The notes beneath the pieces are model-generated. The model did not search any database. It was not told the DNA's origin and worked only from the letters and a program-made list of their open reading frames with translations. Below are positions 43,605 through 55,319 of a DNA stretch of 64,000 bases, piece by piece (the stretch's first letter is position 1; every line of letters starts with the position of its first letter). This DNA comes from Eledone cirrhosa (taxonomy: Eukaryota). A program made the position numbers and the translations under genes. The stretch is from the NCBI GenBank assembly GCA_964016885.1, contig OZ024742.1, positions 279,186,001 through 279,250,000 on the forward strand, in the 5' to 3' direction.

Positions 43605-44120
43605 CATTTAGGTAAAAAAAACAACAATTTTGGGAGAGAAGATTGTCGATTAAATCGACCCCAGTACATCACTCTTACTTTATTTTATCAACCACGTAAG
43701 GATGAAAGGCAGATCTAACCTTGGCGGGGTTTGGACTCTGAACATAAACGGATGTAACTCTATGCTGCAAAGCATGGTGTCCGACGCCTTACCTATACTG
43801 CCAATCATGTTCACGAAATGTTTATGTCTACTATCCAAGTAGAAAAAATGATATTAACTCAAGGCAAAACGCCAGATTAATAGCAATAGGCATTGCACCC
43901 GATGTCCTAAATATTTCACCAATCCATGAACTTAATTTACATTAATATTATATATTACCAACACACAGAATGTTGGAATAGATAATTGTTTCTACTTTAG
44001 GCACAAGGCCAGCAATCACCCAGTGCATTACTGGTACTTTATTTTATCGACCCCGTTGGAATAGATAATGCAAGATATTTTGTCCGACGTCCTAAATATT
44101 CAACCATTTCGGTGCCTATA
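43605..44120 (-). mobile_element. Two SINE copies (Meta-domain type)
   Basis: Reverse complement of 32463-32682 at 43605-43806 and, internally deleted, at 43985-44120. Confidence 0.75.
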
Positions 44121-44362
44121 TTCTTCTTGTTTCCGTTTATAGAATAAACGTTTTCATGTTTCTATGCGTAAAAATATATCTGGGTCGAGGTGTTAATCCG
44201 GTCGACGATTTAAGACCACTATTTAAGAGCAGAATGAACTGATTATATTTAATAATTATCTCTTTTAAAAGTCAAATAAAAACTATACCATTTTTAGTGG
44301 TGCTCTTTATAAGACGATCTTCTGCGGTTTCATTCACATTGGTCAAATGGAGGCTACAATAG

Positions 44363-44556
44363 CAGACCTGCCAACCCCCAAAAATACAATCAGGGAGTAA
44401 TATAAGAACAAGTGCTCCAAAAAGGAGAGAAATGAGGAAAAATGGGAAAATTTTACATAATGAAAGCTATACCCATTTTCACAAAAGAAGACACTCTCAA
44501 CCACCCCAAAGTGATTGGGAGATCTCCCTACCGGACGGGGAGTGTTGACAGGTCTG
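44363..44556. mobile_element. MITE, 13-bp TIR, 6-bp TSD (hAT-like)
   Basis: caatag|CAGACCTGCCAAC...GTTGACAGGTCTG|caatag; TIR match 12/13. Confidence 0.75.
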
Positions 44557-45251
44557 CAATAGAATATACCTCCTCAAATTACCGGGAAGTACAACTAAGC
44601 CCAAAATTATGTGGTTCAGAAGAAAACTCCTTAACCATTTAGCCATGCTTACACGTTTAACTCAAATACAGAAACACTTGTTTGCCTTGCAAGTATCTTA
44701 AATATATAGCGAAGCGTACAATCATACAGATTCTAATCTATTTGTATTCTATATTTCAACTGATTAAATTTCTCTAAGTAATTGAACTACTATGAAAGAT
44801 ATAATGATGTTAAATACGTTTTTATCTATTTCTAACCATTTTCAACTATTTTGCCTATTCCCCCACACACTTACTGCAATCGTAGATCAGAAAAACTTGT
44901 ATCGAAATTTATATATTTATTTAATAGAAAAATATATCTATCAGTTTCCATCGTTCCGATTACAGTTTTATTATTTTACTATCAGCAATGATTAAAGAAC
45001 CAGATATCAAAGAGACATTGTTCAAAGAGTAGTTGGAAAATAGATTCCTTTGATTCCGTTAAACCATTCCATTTTTCAGCGTCATTGAGCCAGACATAAG
45101 CAGTCGGTATGTCGATTCCAGAGAGTTTAGTTACTGGGAATATATTAGGGAACGGTTCAATAAGTGCTGAAAGTTAAGTAAATAATAGTTTATAAAATCG
45201 TTTAGGGATATTAAACGTACATATATATATATATACACACATACATTCACA

Positions 45252-45355
<104 letters not shown>

Positions 45356-45697
45356 ATTATTTATGATAGGTTGTTTATTAATGAGTAGAACTCGTGGTTC
45401 GGGTTGGTAAAGGATGATATAAGAAATGAATGAAAGCTCTTCACTTTATGTAAATCATCCATCGTAGATGTGGTATCCAGTGGATGGTGCGGGAACGAAG
45501 AAAACTAGTAATTAAAACAAAAACAGAAGTCTGGACTGCAAAATTTACTTTAGAAAATTAATTCACCGAATGTCCAGTTCAGAATCCTTATATATATATA
45601 TATATATATCTATAAGGATTCAGAACTTTTATATATAAGACTCAGAATATATATATATACATATGTATGTATGTACGTACGTACGTGCGTGTGTATA

Positions 45698-45814
<117 letters not shown>

Positions 45815-45865
45815 ATACGTATATATATATATATGTGTGTGCATACGTATATATATATATATATA

Positions 45866-46207
45866 TATTATAAAGATAACGAAAAACCGTGATGCATCTG
45901 GACTTTGTTTATTTCGTGTTACAAATGTTTCGCCGGCATGTAGCTCGAGTCGTGGTCCTTGTATGGATCTGGCTGATTCTACTTCTGCGGGTTCTTTTAG
46001 ACACGGGTGTTATGTCCGGAGCAAATGTTATCAAATTTAGTGATAACATTTGCTCCGGACATAACACCCGTGTCTGAAAGAACTCGCAGAAGTAGAATCA
46101 GCCAGATCCATATAAGGACCATGACTCGAGCTACATGCCGGCGAAACATTTGTAACACGAAATAAACAAAGTCCAGATGCATCACTAATTTCGTTTTCTT
46201 TATAATA
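45866..46207. repeat. Fold-back palindrome, 7-nt loop
   Basis: Loop 46034-46040; arms about 165 bp. Confidence 0.93.
46069..46159 (+). ncRNA. Hammerhead-like motif with long stem II and an extra core nucleotide
   Basis: CGTGT CTGAAAGA [~60 nt] GAAAC ATTT GTA ACACG; perfect 5-bp stem I; mirror copy on the left arm. Confidence 0.55.
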
Positions 46208-46306
46208 TCTACACTCTACTCTGATGAATATCGAGTGCTAATTCTGGCATACCGCCCACGGAAGCACCATAGCTACCACTATACACAAATATATATATAT
46301 ATATAG

Positions 46307-46838
46307 AGAGAGAAAATTGAGGTTGGTAATGGCACATGGAATATATAAGAGACAGAATACTTTTTTGTGAAAAAAGCATATAATTTTATAAGGTAAGGAA
46401 ATAATAAAGGGTATAAAAAATGACCGGTTTCGATGAGTCTGCAAAAGCCATCTTTTCAAATGTTGATTTATATTAAGAAAAATTAATAATACGAAGAGTT
46501 AAAATTTGAGATTTGAAATTTCAAGTATAAAATTCATTGCTGTGTCCCTTTCTGGTAGTGACACTACCAGAAAGGGACACAGCAGTCAACTTGTTGCTAC
46601 CTAGATGAAAACTACTATGAAATCCCACAATGAATTTTATACTTGAATTTTCAAATCTCAAATTTTAACTCTTCGTATTATTAATTTTTCTTAATATTAA
46701 TCAATATTTGAAAAGATGGCTTTTATATTTTTTATACCCTTTATTATTTCCTTACCTTATAAAATTATATGTTTTTTCACAAAAAAGTATTCTGTCTCTT
46801 ATATATTCCATGTGCCATTACCAATCTCAAGTTTCTCT
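46307..46838. repeat. Fold-back palindrome with arm-specific indels
   Basis: Axis 46561 (tctggtagtg-a-cactaccaga); the right arm has about 44 extra nt and lacks the HHR 3' half. Confidence 0.92.
46417..46464 (-). ncRNA. Variant minimal hammerhead (U3-A8)
   Basis: Minus strand: AT TTGAAAA GATG gcttttgcagact CATC GAAAC CG GTC AT. Confidence 0.68.
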
Positions 46839-47416
46839 ATAACCTTCGTTTTGTGTAGAAAATTACACTTTTCATATATATATATATATATATATGAAAT
46901 ATATGAAAAATAATCGAAAAATACACTCCCCTGACCATGAAAATGTCGAAGTACATGAAATACTTGACATCCCTTCGCTGTGCATCTCCAATACTTTTAA
47001 CACTTTTAATGCTTGCACTATTTTTAATGCTTATAACATTTCTCCACACACAGACTATATCAATCACATAAAGAATTTGCCACCAGATCTACCAACCTAA
47101 CACTCTTGTTTACCTACCTATGTGCCTCTACCACACATATCTCTCTGCCACACTATATAAACAAGACGCACATGCGTGCCACACATATAACATTTGCACT
47201 ATATAACCGCTTATCTTCATGTTGTATTTTAACCTGTATTTTTGATTTTTGATTGTACCTCTTAATATAAATGTAATCTCGAAGTGTGTACTGCCACTCT
47301 AAATTCTGTAATGAATGTTGACCCACAATGTTTGAATATGTATCAATGTTTGAATATGTATCGGTATGTCTCTCGGCTGAAAACGAGGTCATATAACTGT
47401 CCATGCATTAATAAAT

Positions 47417-47463
47417 TGCTCCGAAGAATCCAAACCTCGGTTTGGAGGAAACAGCTGTAAGCA
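47417..47463 (+). ncRNA. Type I hammerhead (U4C change)
   Basis: TGCT CCGAAGA A TCCAAACC tc GGTTTGGA G GAAAC AGCT GTA AGCA; palindromic stem III ACAGCTGT. Confidence 0.75.
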
Positions 47464-47664
47464 CAATAATGTTTTGAACAGTTCTTTGATTCTTATATTT
47501 CATATAACTGCTCTGTAAATCATCTGATGTTTTTACATTGAGCTACTTAACTTACTGGTAATAAGGTAGTAATACATTACTGCCTACCACTATTTAGGGT
47601 GTGTGTAAAATACTTATAACTGCATAACGTTTTGTATTTACATAACCATAGATAGTATAACTAA

Positions 47665-47738
<74 letters not shown>

Positions 47739-47743
<5 letters not shown>

Positions 47744-48418
47744 TTGGAGTTCTGAAATAGCAATATATATATGAATGTATATATAATGTATTTTGCAATA
47801 CACTTTATGCTTAATTAAAAGCATTTTGAAGACCGTATGCTATTGTTTTAGAGTAGTGACAAACTCACTTATTTTAATCTCAGCAAACAAGGGGAGATAA
47901 GCCGATAAGGCCTTGTTTCGCATTTATTGATGCTTATCAAGGCTAACTACTCCCTCCTGTCTACTGAGATCACTGATGTTATATTCTTATAGAATTTTGT
48001 GAGTTTGTCACTACTCTAAAACAATACCATACGGTCTTCAAAATGCGTTTAATTAAGCATAAAGTGTATTGCAAAATACATTATATATACATTCATATAT
48101 ATATTGCTATTTCAGAGCTCCAATTCTAATTTTTAATTTCTGCCTGACCCGCAACCGCTCTGTATAATCAGTTCCTGATTATTTACTAGAATTCTATAAG
48201 AATATAACATCAGTGATCTCAGTTGACAGGAGGGAGTAGTTAGCCTTGATAAGCATCAATAAATGCGGGACAAGGGCTTGTCGGCTCATCTCCCCTTGTT
48301 TGCTGAGATTAAAGTAAGTGAGTTTGTCACTACTCTAAAACAATAGCATACGGTCTTCAAAATGCTTTTAATTAAGCATAAAGTGTATTGCAAAATACAT
48401 TATATATACATTCATATA
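47739..48418. repeat. Inverted plus partial tandem pLTR-like structure
   Basis: 47739-47997 is inverted relative to 48001-48130 (tail) and 48190-48418; flanked by (TA)n. Confidence 0.92.
47900..47944 (-). ncRNA. Variant hammerhead (U3-A8); mirror copy at 48242-48286 (+)
   Basis: Two-copy consensus AGCC TTGATAA GCAT caataa ATGC GAAAC AAGGCCTT GTC GGCT; each copy carries different lesions. Confidence 0.75.
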
Positions 48419-48421
48419 CAT

Positions 48422-48532
<111 letters not shown>

Positions 48533-48559
48533 TAAATATATAAATATATATATACATAA

Positions 48560-48590
<31 letters not shown>

Positions 48591-48654
48591 GTGAAAAATT
48601 GAACGGGAACAAAACAGAGAGGCAGTACGAACAAAGGTTTATTAGTTTCACGCT
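48591..48654 (-). repeat. Solo 3' tail of the 32760-35812 PLE family
   Basis: Matches 32761-32824; embedded in (TA)n. Confidence 0.8.
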
Positions 48655-49316
48655 ATATATATAAATATATATATATGTACGTTCATATAAGTATGCACGC
48701 ACGTACTTGCATACACACGTGATATGCAGCAAATGAATTTGTTTGTATTATATACTTGAATACACGAGAAATACATTTTCATCGAAGAAGTCATTTAATA
48801 ATCTTGTCGATTCACACAATATCCACCACATTCTCCTATATTAAATGTAATATCTCCAAAGGTGAATATCAGCATTTAATATCAATATTATAACACGCTG
48901 CACAGTTAATTTGTTTTGAAGACTCAAGAATGTCTATGTTTCATAAATGGATATTTATTGTATCACTTATCCAAGAGAACGTCTCATGAACAGTTAAGTA
49001 TGAATGCATGTATGTATGTATGTATGTACGTATGTATGTATGTTTCTCTTTCATTTAATTTCGAGTACGTTTGTGACCGGCCACCTTCCGGATGGCAAGA
49101 TTTTAAAAGAAAAGAAATTGTCATCCTTTGAATCGCAAGAATGTTTTGCAAATCTTGACGGTGCCATCTATCACGGCCATTTGCAGTCTATGAATTACGG
49201 AGCTGCGCTCTTTGTCCACAATTCAAAGTTTAGTCATATTTTGGTCCAAGCGGGTTGGTATATAACCTGTAGCTCCAATAATAATGTTTATAAAGCTAAA
49301 GGTGGTCTTGGATGTT

Positions 49317-49389
<73 letters not shown>

Positions 49390-49489
49390 TATTCTGTATC
49401 TATGTGCTCTTGATATGTGCATGTATGTAGGTATACATGGTTGACTAGGTATTTATATAAGTATGAATGTATGTAAGTATTTATGTTGG

Positions 49490-50118
49490 TCATGCTTGAG
49501 TGATACTGGTAACATGTAACCCAGTACAACCTACCGCATGGTCGGGTCGTCGGCGACTAAACTGGCAACTCCACCAAGTTTAGTTGGTGAGGAGGGTGAG
49601 TTTGCACACTCTGTGGGACAAAAAATAAAAGCTGACAAAGTGCGGAAGAAATCATAAAAGTCAACGGCCATGCAAAAATGTGTAAATATGTATATACATG
49701 TATGCACGTGTATATATGTATGTATATGTATATATGTAGATGCATGTGTGCATCTGTATGTATATGCGCTGGGCCATAGAAATAGTTAGGCTGGACACCC
49801 GATCACGCGGTTAAACCACTGGGAGTGAAGGGCCCCTAGCGTTTGTCAGGGCAATCTTCTAGGAGAAGGCAACTCAGAAAACTGTGATAACTCCGACATA
49901 AAACCTGCCGTTCTGTAGTTACCGATGATGTTGATCTTTTCTTCTTTTTCGGGTTATATCTACTCTCGCTCAGAGAGTGGGATAGGCTCAGTGCACAGTC
50001 TTTCTGCACTTTAAAAAAAATCTTCACGCACAGGCATTGTACGATAGAATTAACTAAAAATTATTAATAATGGTATATCGTGCAATGGCCATACACGATA
50101 ACGAGCGGGCAGCCATAA
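49490..50118 (+). mobile_element. Older, fragmented relative of 40571-41817
   Basis: ctggtaacatgtaacccagtacaacc..ggcgactaaactggcaac; ctaggagaaggcaactc; another fragment at 51263-51447. Confidence 0.7.
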
Positions 50119-51076
50119 TGTATGTATATATGTAAATAGGTATGTGTGTATGTATATATGAATGTATGTACGTACGTATATATTCAAGTGTTTCTCCTAT
50201 GGACAAGGAGATAGACAACCATCCAGCAACGATATTTTTTCCATAGGAATTTCGTCAATATTAAGTAATTTATTGTATGCATATATCTATAAATAATCGT
50301 ATGTTGACTTGCATTTATGTATACTTGATTAGCTACATGTATTAACAAAGTTATATTTTAGACAAGACTGTTCTAGACATTTTTAAATGAGTGAACGAGC
50401 TTATACGTAAGTATATCCATTCTCAAGATCTCATGGATGTGCTGCAGTGGGCTTATATGTCAAATATCGAGAATATGATTATGAAACAGCATCTCGGTCG
50501 GACATGTCATATAGTACACCTAAATGACAGCAGGATCTCCAAGGTAGTCTTGCACTTAAACGCCTAAAGAAGCGGTTGACAAACATTGATTGCGATCATG
50601 CAATTTTGACTGACACATAAAACATAAGGTTGAACATAAGGAGTTACTGCCCGACGGCGACAGTATACTAGGCTAACTTGTAACTCCAAATCTCTATATA
50701 AACATACATAGTTGTCTTGATTATGAAAACGTATCCGATTTATTTATGTACAATTAACAAATGACAGCCCTACTGTCAAATGAAATATATTTGGTTCGTT
50801 ATGAAAAACTATGCTTCTATTTTGCTCTGTGAACATGTTATAGATAGCTCAGTAGCTGTTTAGAATGCCAGCCAGCTATTTAAAGGGACAATAATCTCTC
50901 ATTAGTGATATTTACTGAAGCAGTACGGATTTAAGAGTAGTTTAGCGCCTATAAACATTTTGCGTACTGAACATTTGCTGGGGATGTTCAGTTGCATATA
51001 GTGCGAACTTAATTGATCGTAATCGGTTGTGAGTAGTTCTAAGATAGCGTTGTGCATAATTGGGGTGCATATGAAA

Positions 51077-51169
<93 letters not shown>

Positions 51170-52037
51170 TATATATATATACATATATATGAAATATAAA
51201 AGGAGACAAGAGAATAAACAAGACATGAAGTGAAGAAATATATTAGGTTAAAGCTTGGTTATGTCAGGCCGCTCGAGTGCTACTGGTAGCATGTAACCCA
51301 GTAAAACCTCACGCATGGTCGGGTCCTCGGCGACTAAACCGGTACCTCATTAAGTTTTCTTGGTGAGGAAGCTGATTTGGACACCCGGCAGGACAAAAAA
51401 CAAAACCTGACAAAGTGCGGAAGAACTCATAAAAGTCAGCGGCCATCTAAAAAAAAAAAAAAAAATCCTCCCAAATCAATGGGTGGCAGTAGTTCCAGTT
51501 GCGAGCATGGAAAGACTGGTGTAGTGGTTCTGAGAACAATGCGGCTTTGCAGATGATCAACAATGAAAATTGACAATGGATAGGTACTCCCGCTCGAGTT
51601 AGAAGAGAATTATTGACCTTCAGGAAAAGCAGCGACCCCTGATTATAATTCAGCAACCGAAACAAATAGGAAATACACCGAATCCAATGCTCCAAGGGTG
51701 GCCCTAGTTCTTCTTATTTGCGAGTGTAAGCTCAGCCAGATTAGATTAGGTAGATTGGTATAATAGGAAAATAATCATAACGCTTCGAACATTATTCCTT
51801 CATCGGAAGATAGAATGCGAAAAAAGATATGATAGAATGACAGAGAGTGAAAAGAGGAAGAAACGGATTTATATATATATATATATATTGAGTGAATGAT
51901 GTTAGGTTTCTATAGTGTCTATATTATTTGATGTGTGCTGTATATAGAAATATAATTGTGAGGCAGGAGATATGTAACCAAGATTTTGGATCTGTAGATT
52001 CAACATAAAAACATATAAATAATGAGTAAATCTGCTC

Positions 52038-52077
<40 letters not shown>

Positions 52078-52339
52078 GTGTGTGTGTTTGTGTGTGTGTG
52101 CGTCGGGGGTGGGTGTAAAAAGTAAAAGTGGAAACAACACGGAAGTATATCTAAAGCAACTTTTTTCGTTTTAATTTTTTCCTTAATCCGACAGAGTAAA
52201 AGTGTTTTAAAAAAGGGGTTTTATAAAATATTAACGGTTTCGATGAGTAAATTGATCGTATAAAATATTAAGTAAAAAGAAAGTCAAATTCAAAGATTAA
52301 AAGTTGAAAAATTGGAAGTGGAAGTTGAAAAACTTCTCC

Positions 52340-52815
52340 ATTCGATTTGAAAGATGAAAAAATAAAAATAAATCCTGGAAACACGCAAAATCATCAAAGT
52401 TAAAAGGCAGCTCAAAACATTCCAACACATTCTCACTGGAACAAAAATACATAAACAACTACGGTGATAAAATGCGGAAGACAGAAATTGTGACACATGT
52501 CTATACATAACGGATTGGCGTGATTTCATGCTTAAAGAGGGCCAAACATTTACAATAAAAGCGAATTTCACCTGCAACAGAGAAAACTTAATTTACGTAA
52601 TCACATTCAACAACATTAGATAGGATAGATGGGTGTGTTTTTACGCAAGAGAATGATCAAACACCACTAAGTAATCAGTGAAGAAAACACTAGGAAAACC
52701 CCCGTATGTAGCCACATTCCAGGTTGTGCAGGAATGAACTTACCCAATTTTAAAATGTTCTCTCTTTACAAATGCTTAGCCTCTTTCACACAAACACAGA
52801 GGATAAATAAAGAAT
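52340..52815 (+). mobile_element. PLE GIY-YIG fragment, decayed
   Basis: Hand translation FTIKANFTCNRENLIYVITF at about 52549-52608. Confidence 0.7.
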
Positions 52816-52829
52816 ATTTATACAAGTCG

Positions 52830-53900
52830 GTTAGAATTCCCGAGATCCATCGGCGAGTTCTCCCTTGCATTTGTTGTCTTTTATCATCGTTGCTACAACC
52901 TGCGTCTCACGTAGACCAGTGTCTGTTCTGAGAGCATCAACTTATGCCATCGTCGATCTCCCTCTTCCAGCGTGTCCGAGTAGGGACTCACAGGACCACT
53001 GAGTGCAGTGTCAGCTCTGAATGTCGGTAAGCATGTCCAGCTAAACTCATTCTACTCTACGTCACTTTCGAACTAAGTTCTTCATCCTCGCTGCATACTG
53101 TTCAGAGTCATCCTTATCCCTCTTGCTTAGCACCCATCCACCATCTGTGTATATATGTATATATGTATATATATGTGTGTGTGTGTATGTATATATGTGT
53201 ATATCAGTGTCCAAGTACCAGATCAGTACAGTAGCACAGTCTTCACTGTAGTGACGAAGAGACGGATCTTCAAGTCTCTATGAAAGTTCGACTCCCACAC
53301 CTAACTTGAATTGTGACACGCCGCCTAGACTTTGCTATTCCTGTCGACTACATGCTCCTCTATATTCCTAACCTTTGCTCCCCAATAGAGGAAGTCTTCA
53401 CGCAAATCTAGCGCTCCCCGCTCTCATTCATAATCTTCTCTGGCTCCTTGGTATTCTCCACTAGATACTTCGTCTTACTCTCATTCATTCTCATCCCAAC
53501 TCTCATCGACACAATCTCCAGCTTTCGCAACAACTCCTCTGACTCTTTCACTGTGTCTGTCACCGGAGCTAGCTCCTCAGCAAATTCATCATGTGATATG
53601 TTTTAAGCCTTAACTCACCTGCTCTGTGCCGGAGTTACAATAGTCCACTGCGATAGTGAAAAGGTAGGGAGCCAATATATCGCTCTGGAGCACTCCAGCC
53701 AGTATCGTAATGAAATCCACCATTCCATCAGGTGTGATGACTTGGGCTCTAGTGTTGGGGTAGAGCAGGGATATCAGGTCCTCTATCTTCTTCGAGATTC
53801 CATAAGTCTGTAAGATCATCATAAGGCAGTATCTATCCACAGAATCAAAGGCCTTCTTGAAGTCAATGAAAACCATCACAGGAGAAAGGTTCTTTTGCTC
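52830..53900 (-). mobile_element. RTE-like LINE RT fragment, decayed
   Basis: VFIDFKKAFDSVDR..GVLQSDILAPYLFTIAVDY. Confidence 0.8.
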
Positions 53901-53923
53901 CAGTTCCCCCTAGAATTCTCCCC

Positions 53924-53954
<31 letters not shown>

Positions 53955-54030
53955 TGTATGTATGTATGTATGTATGTATGTATGTATGTATGTATGTATG
54001 TATATATATACAGTATATATATATATATAT

Positions 54031-54410
54031 GAAATTGAGTTAGAAATAGTAGCATTTGCTGCATTTGACTAAAGAAAATGAGCCAGATAATGGGGTTTAA
54101 CACTCTCTAAATGATAAAGGATCAGAACATAGGAGTGGAACCCTCATTTCTGGTTATCCAGACCAATTTGCTACCATTACACCAAATTAGAAACTATATA
54201 TATTAATCGTGAGAATAATATGAATGGGAAGGGATGGGTGATGCATTGGTGTAATTGTAGCGTATTGTTCTCGACAACCAAATATGTGGATTCGACTCCC
54301 ATGTACATCAATACTCATCCTTTTACATTTAGAGGGTTTTAACCCCCACTATCAGGCTAATTTTCTTTAGTCAAAATGAGGTAAAAGCTTCTATTTCTAA
54401 CTCAATTCCA
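54031..54410. mobile_element. Divergent inverted pair of tRNA-headed SINE-like units
   Basis: 54031-54184 is inverted relative to 54247-54410; the right unit has ggtgtaattgtagc (A-box-like) and ggattcgactccc (B-box-like). Confidence 0.7.
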
Positions 54411-54688
54411 AATTTCGCTCGCCCTCTTCCATATATATATATATCAATATTTCTTACAGTGAAAAGTTTCCCAGTCTGAGTGAGAAGGGTTCGTGAAGCT
54501 GGCTTTTTAAAAAACTATCAAAACTGGAAATGAGTAAAAATGATAAACAAGATTTTGCAATGTATGTGGGATACGAATTGATTTAACAGCAAAACATTTT
54601 AGCTGCATTAGACCTGTCCTAGTTTTTCACCTTTTTCATATTTCTGCATCTTTGGCTTCGCTTTCCATTTTCATGTTCATATATACAC

Positions 54689-54777
<89 letters not shown>

Positions 54778-54809
54778 CATATATATATATATAATTCAAG
54801 AAATAAGAG

Positions 54810-55290
54810 TAACATGGGTGGCTGTACAATAAGGGCTTTATTCACAGTGCTGACAATTGTTTCGTTGATCTGGTCGTTCTAGAGCTCACTAATCGCTTGG
54901 TGTTGCATCAATCCATCTCCAATATTTGTTTACAACCAGTCAATACATCAGAGTACGTTGATATGAAGATGATACGCAAGGCATGGCTTTTATAGGAGTA
55001 TGGTGTTAGACCAGAACAATAACATCAGTCACAAACTAACTAGATATTGAATAATTAAAACAATAACATCAATAAAAGTAAGAAATAGTGATAAAACAAG
55101 CATGATAAACAAACAGATATGATACAGATGTATTAAGTGACATGCGAAATCTACCATAGGTTAGATTAGAGGTAGTAGTCAAGGGATGAGTTAGATGAAG
55201 GGATAAATAATAAAATGTACTTAGAGTCAGGGTTTGGAATCTACACTTTAAGTGCAATTATGAGAGATTTAGATACAAGTGAGCTTTCGG
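54810..55290 (-). repeat. Family D pLTR-like repeat; diverged second copy at about 59215-59680
   Basis: Shared aataagggctttattcaca..tgctgacaattgtttc..atctccaata..taataacatcaata. Confidence 0.75.
54847..54956 (-). ncRNA. Hammerhead-like motif with ~80-nt stem II; second copy at 59243-59351
   Basis: Two-copy consensus GCT CTGATGA [TTGA CTGG...CCAG ATCAAC] GAAAC AATT GTC AGC; each copy has one core change. Confidence 0.6.
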
Positions 55291-55319
55291 TCTGACACCC
55301 TACCAACAATAAAACGGAG

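Noticed and set aside
50400-51700. Possible old LINE C-terminal scraps at about 50400-50680 and 51470-51700
   Set aside because: Too degenerate to support by eye
54247-54310. tRNA gene (also 32463 and 63080-63157)
   Set aside because: A/B boxes are present but there is no clean cloverleaf, and the sequence continues into repeat bodies
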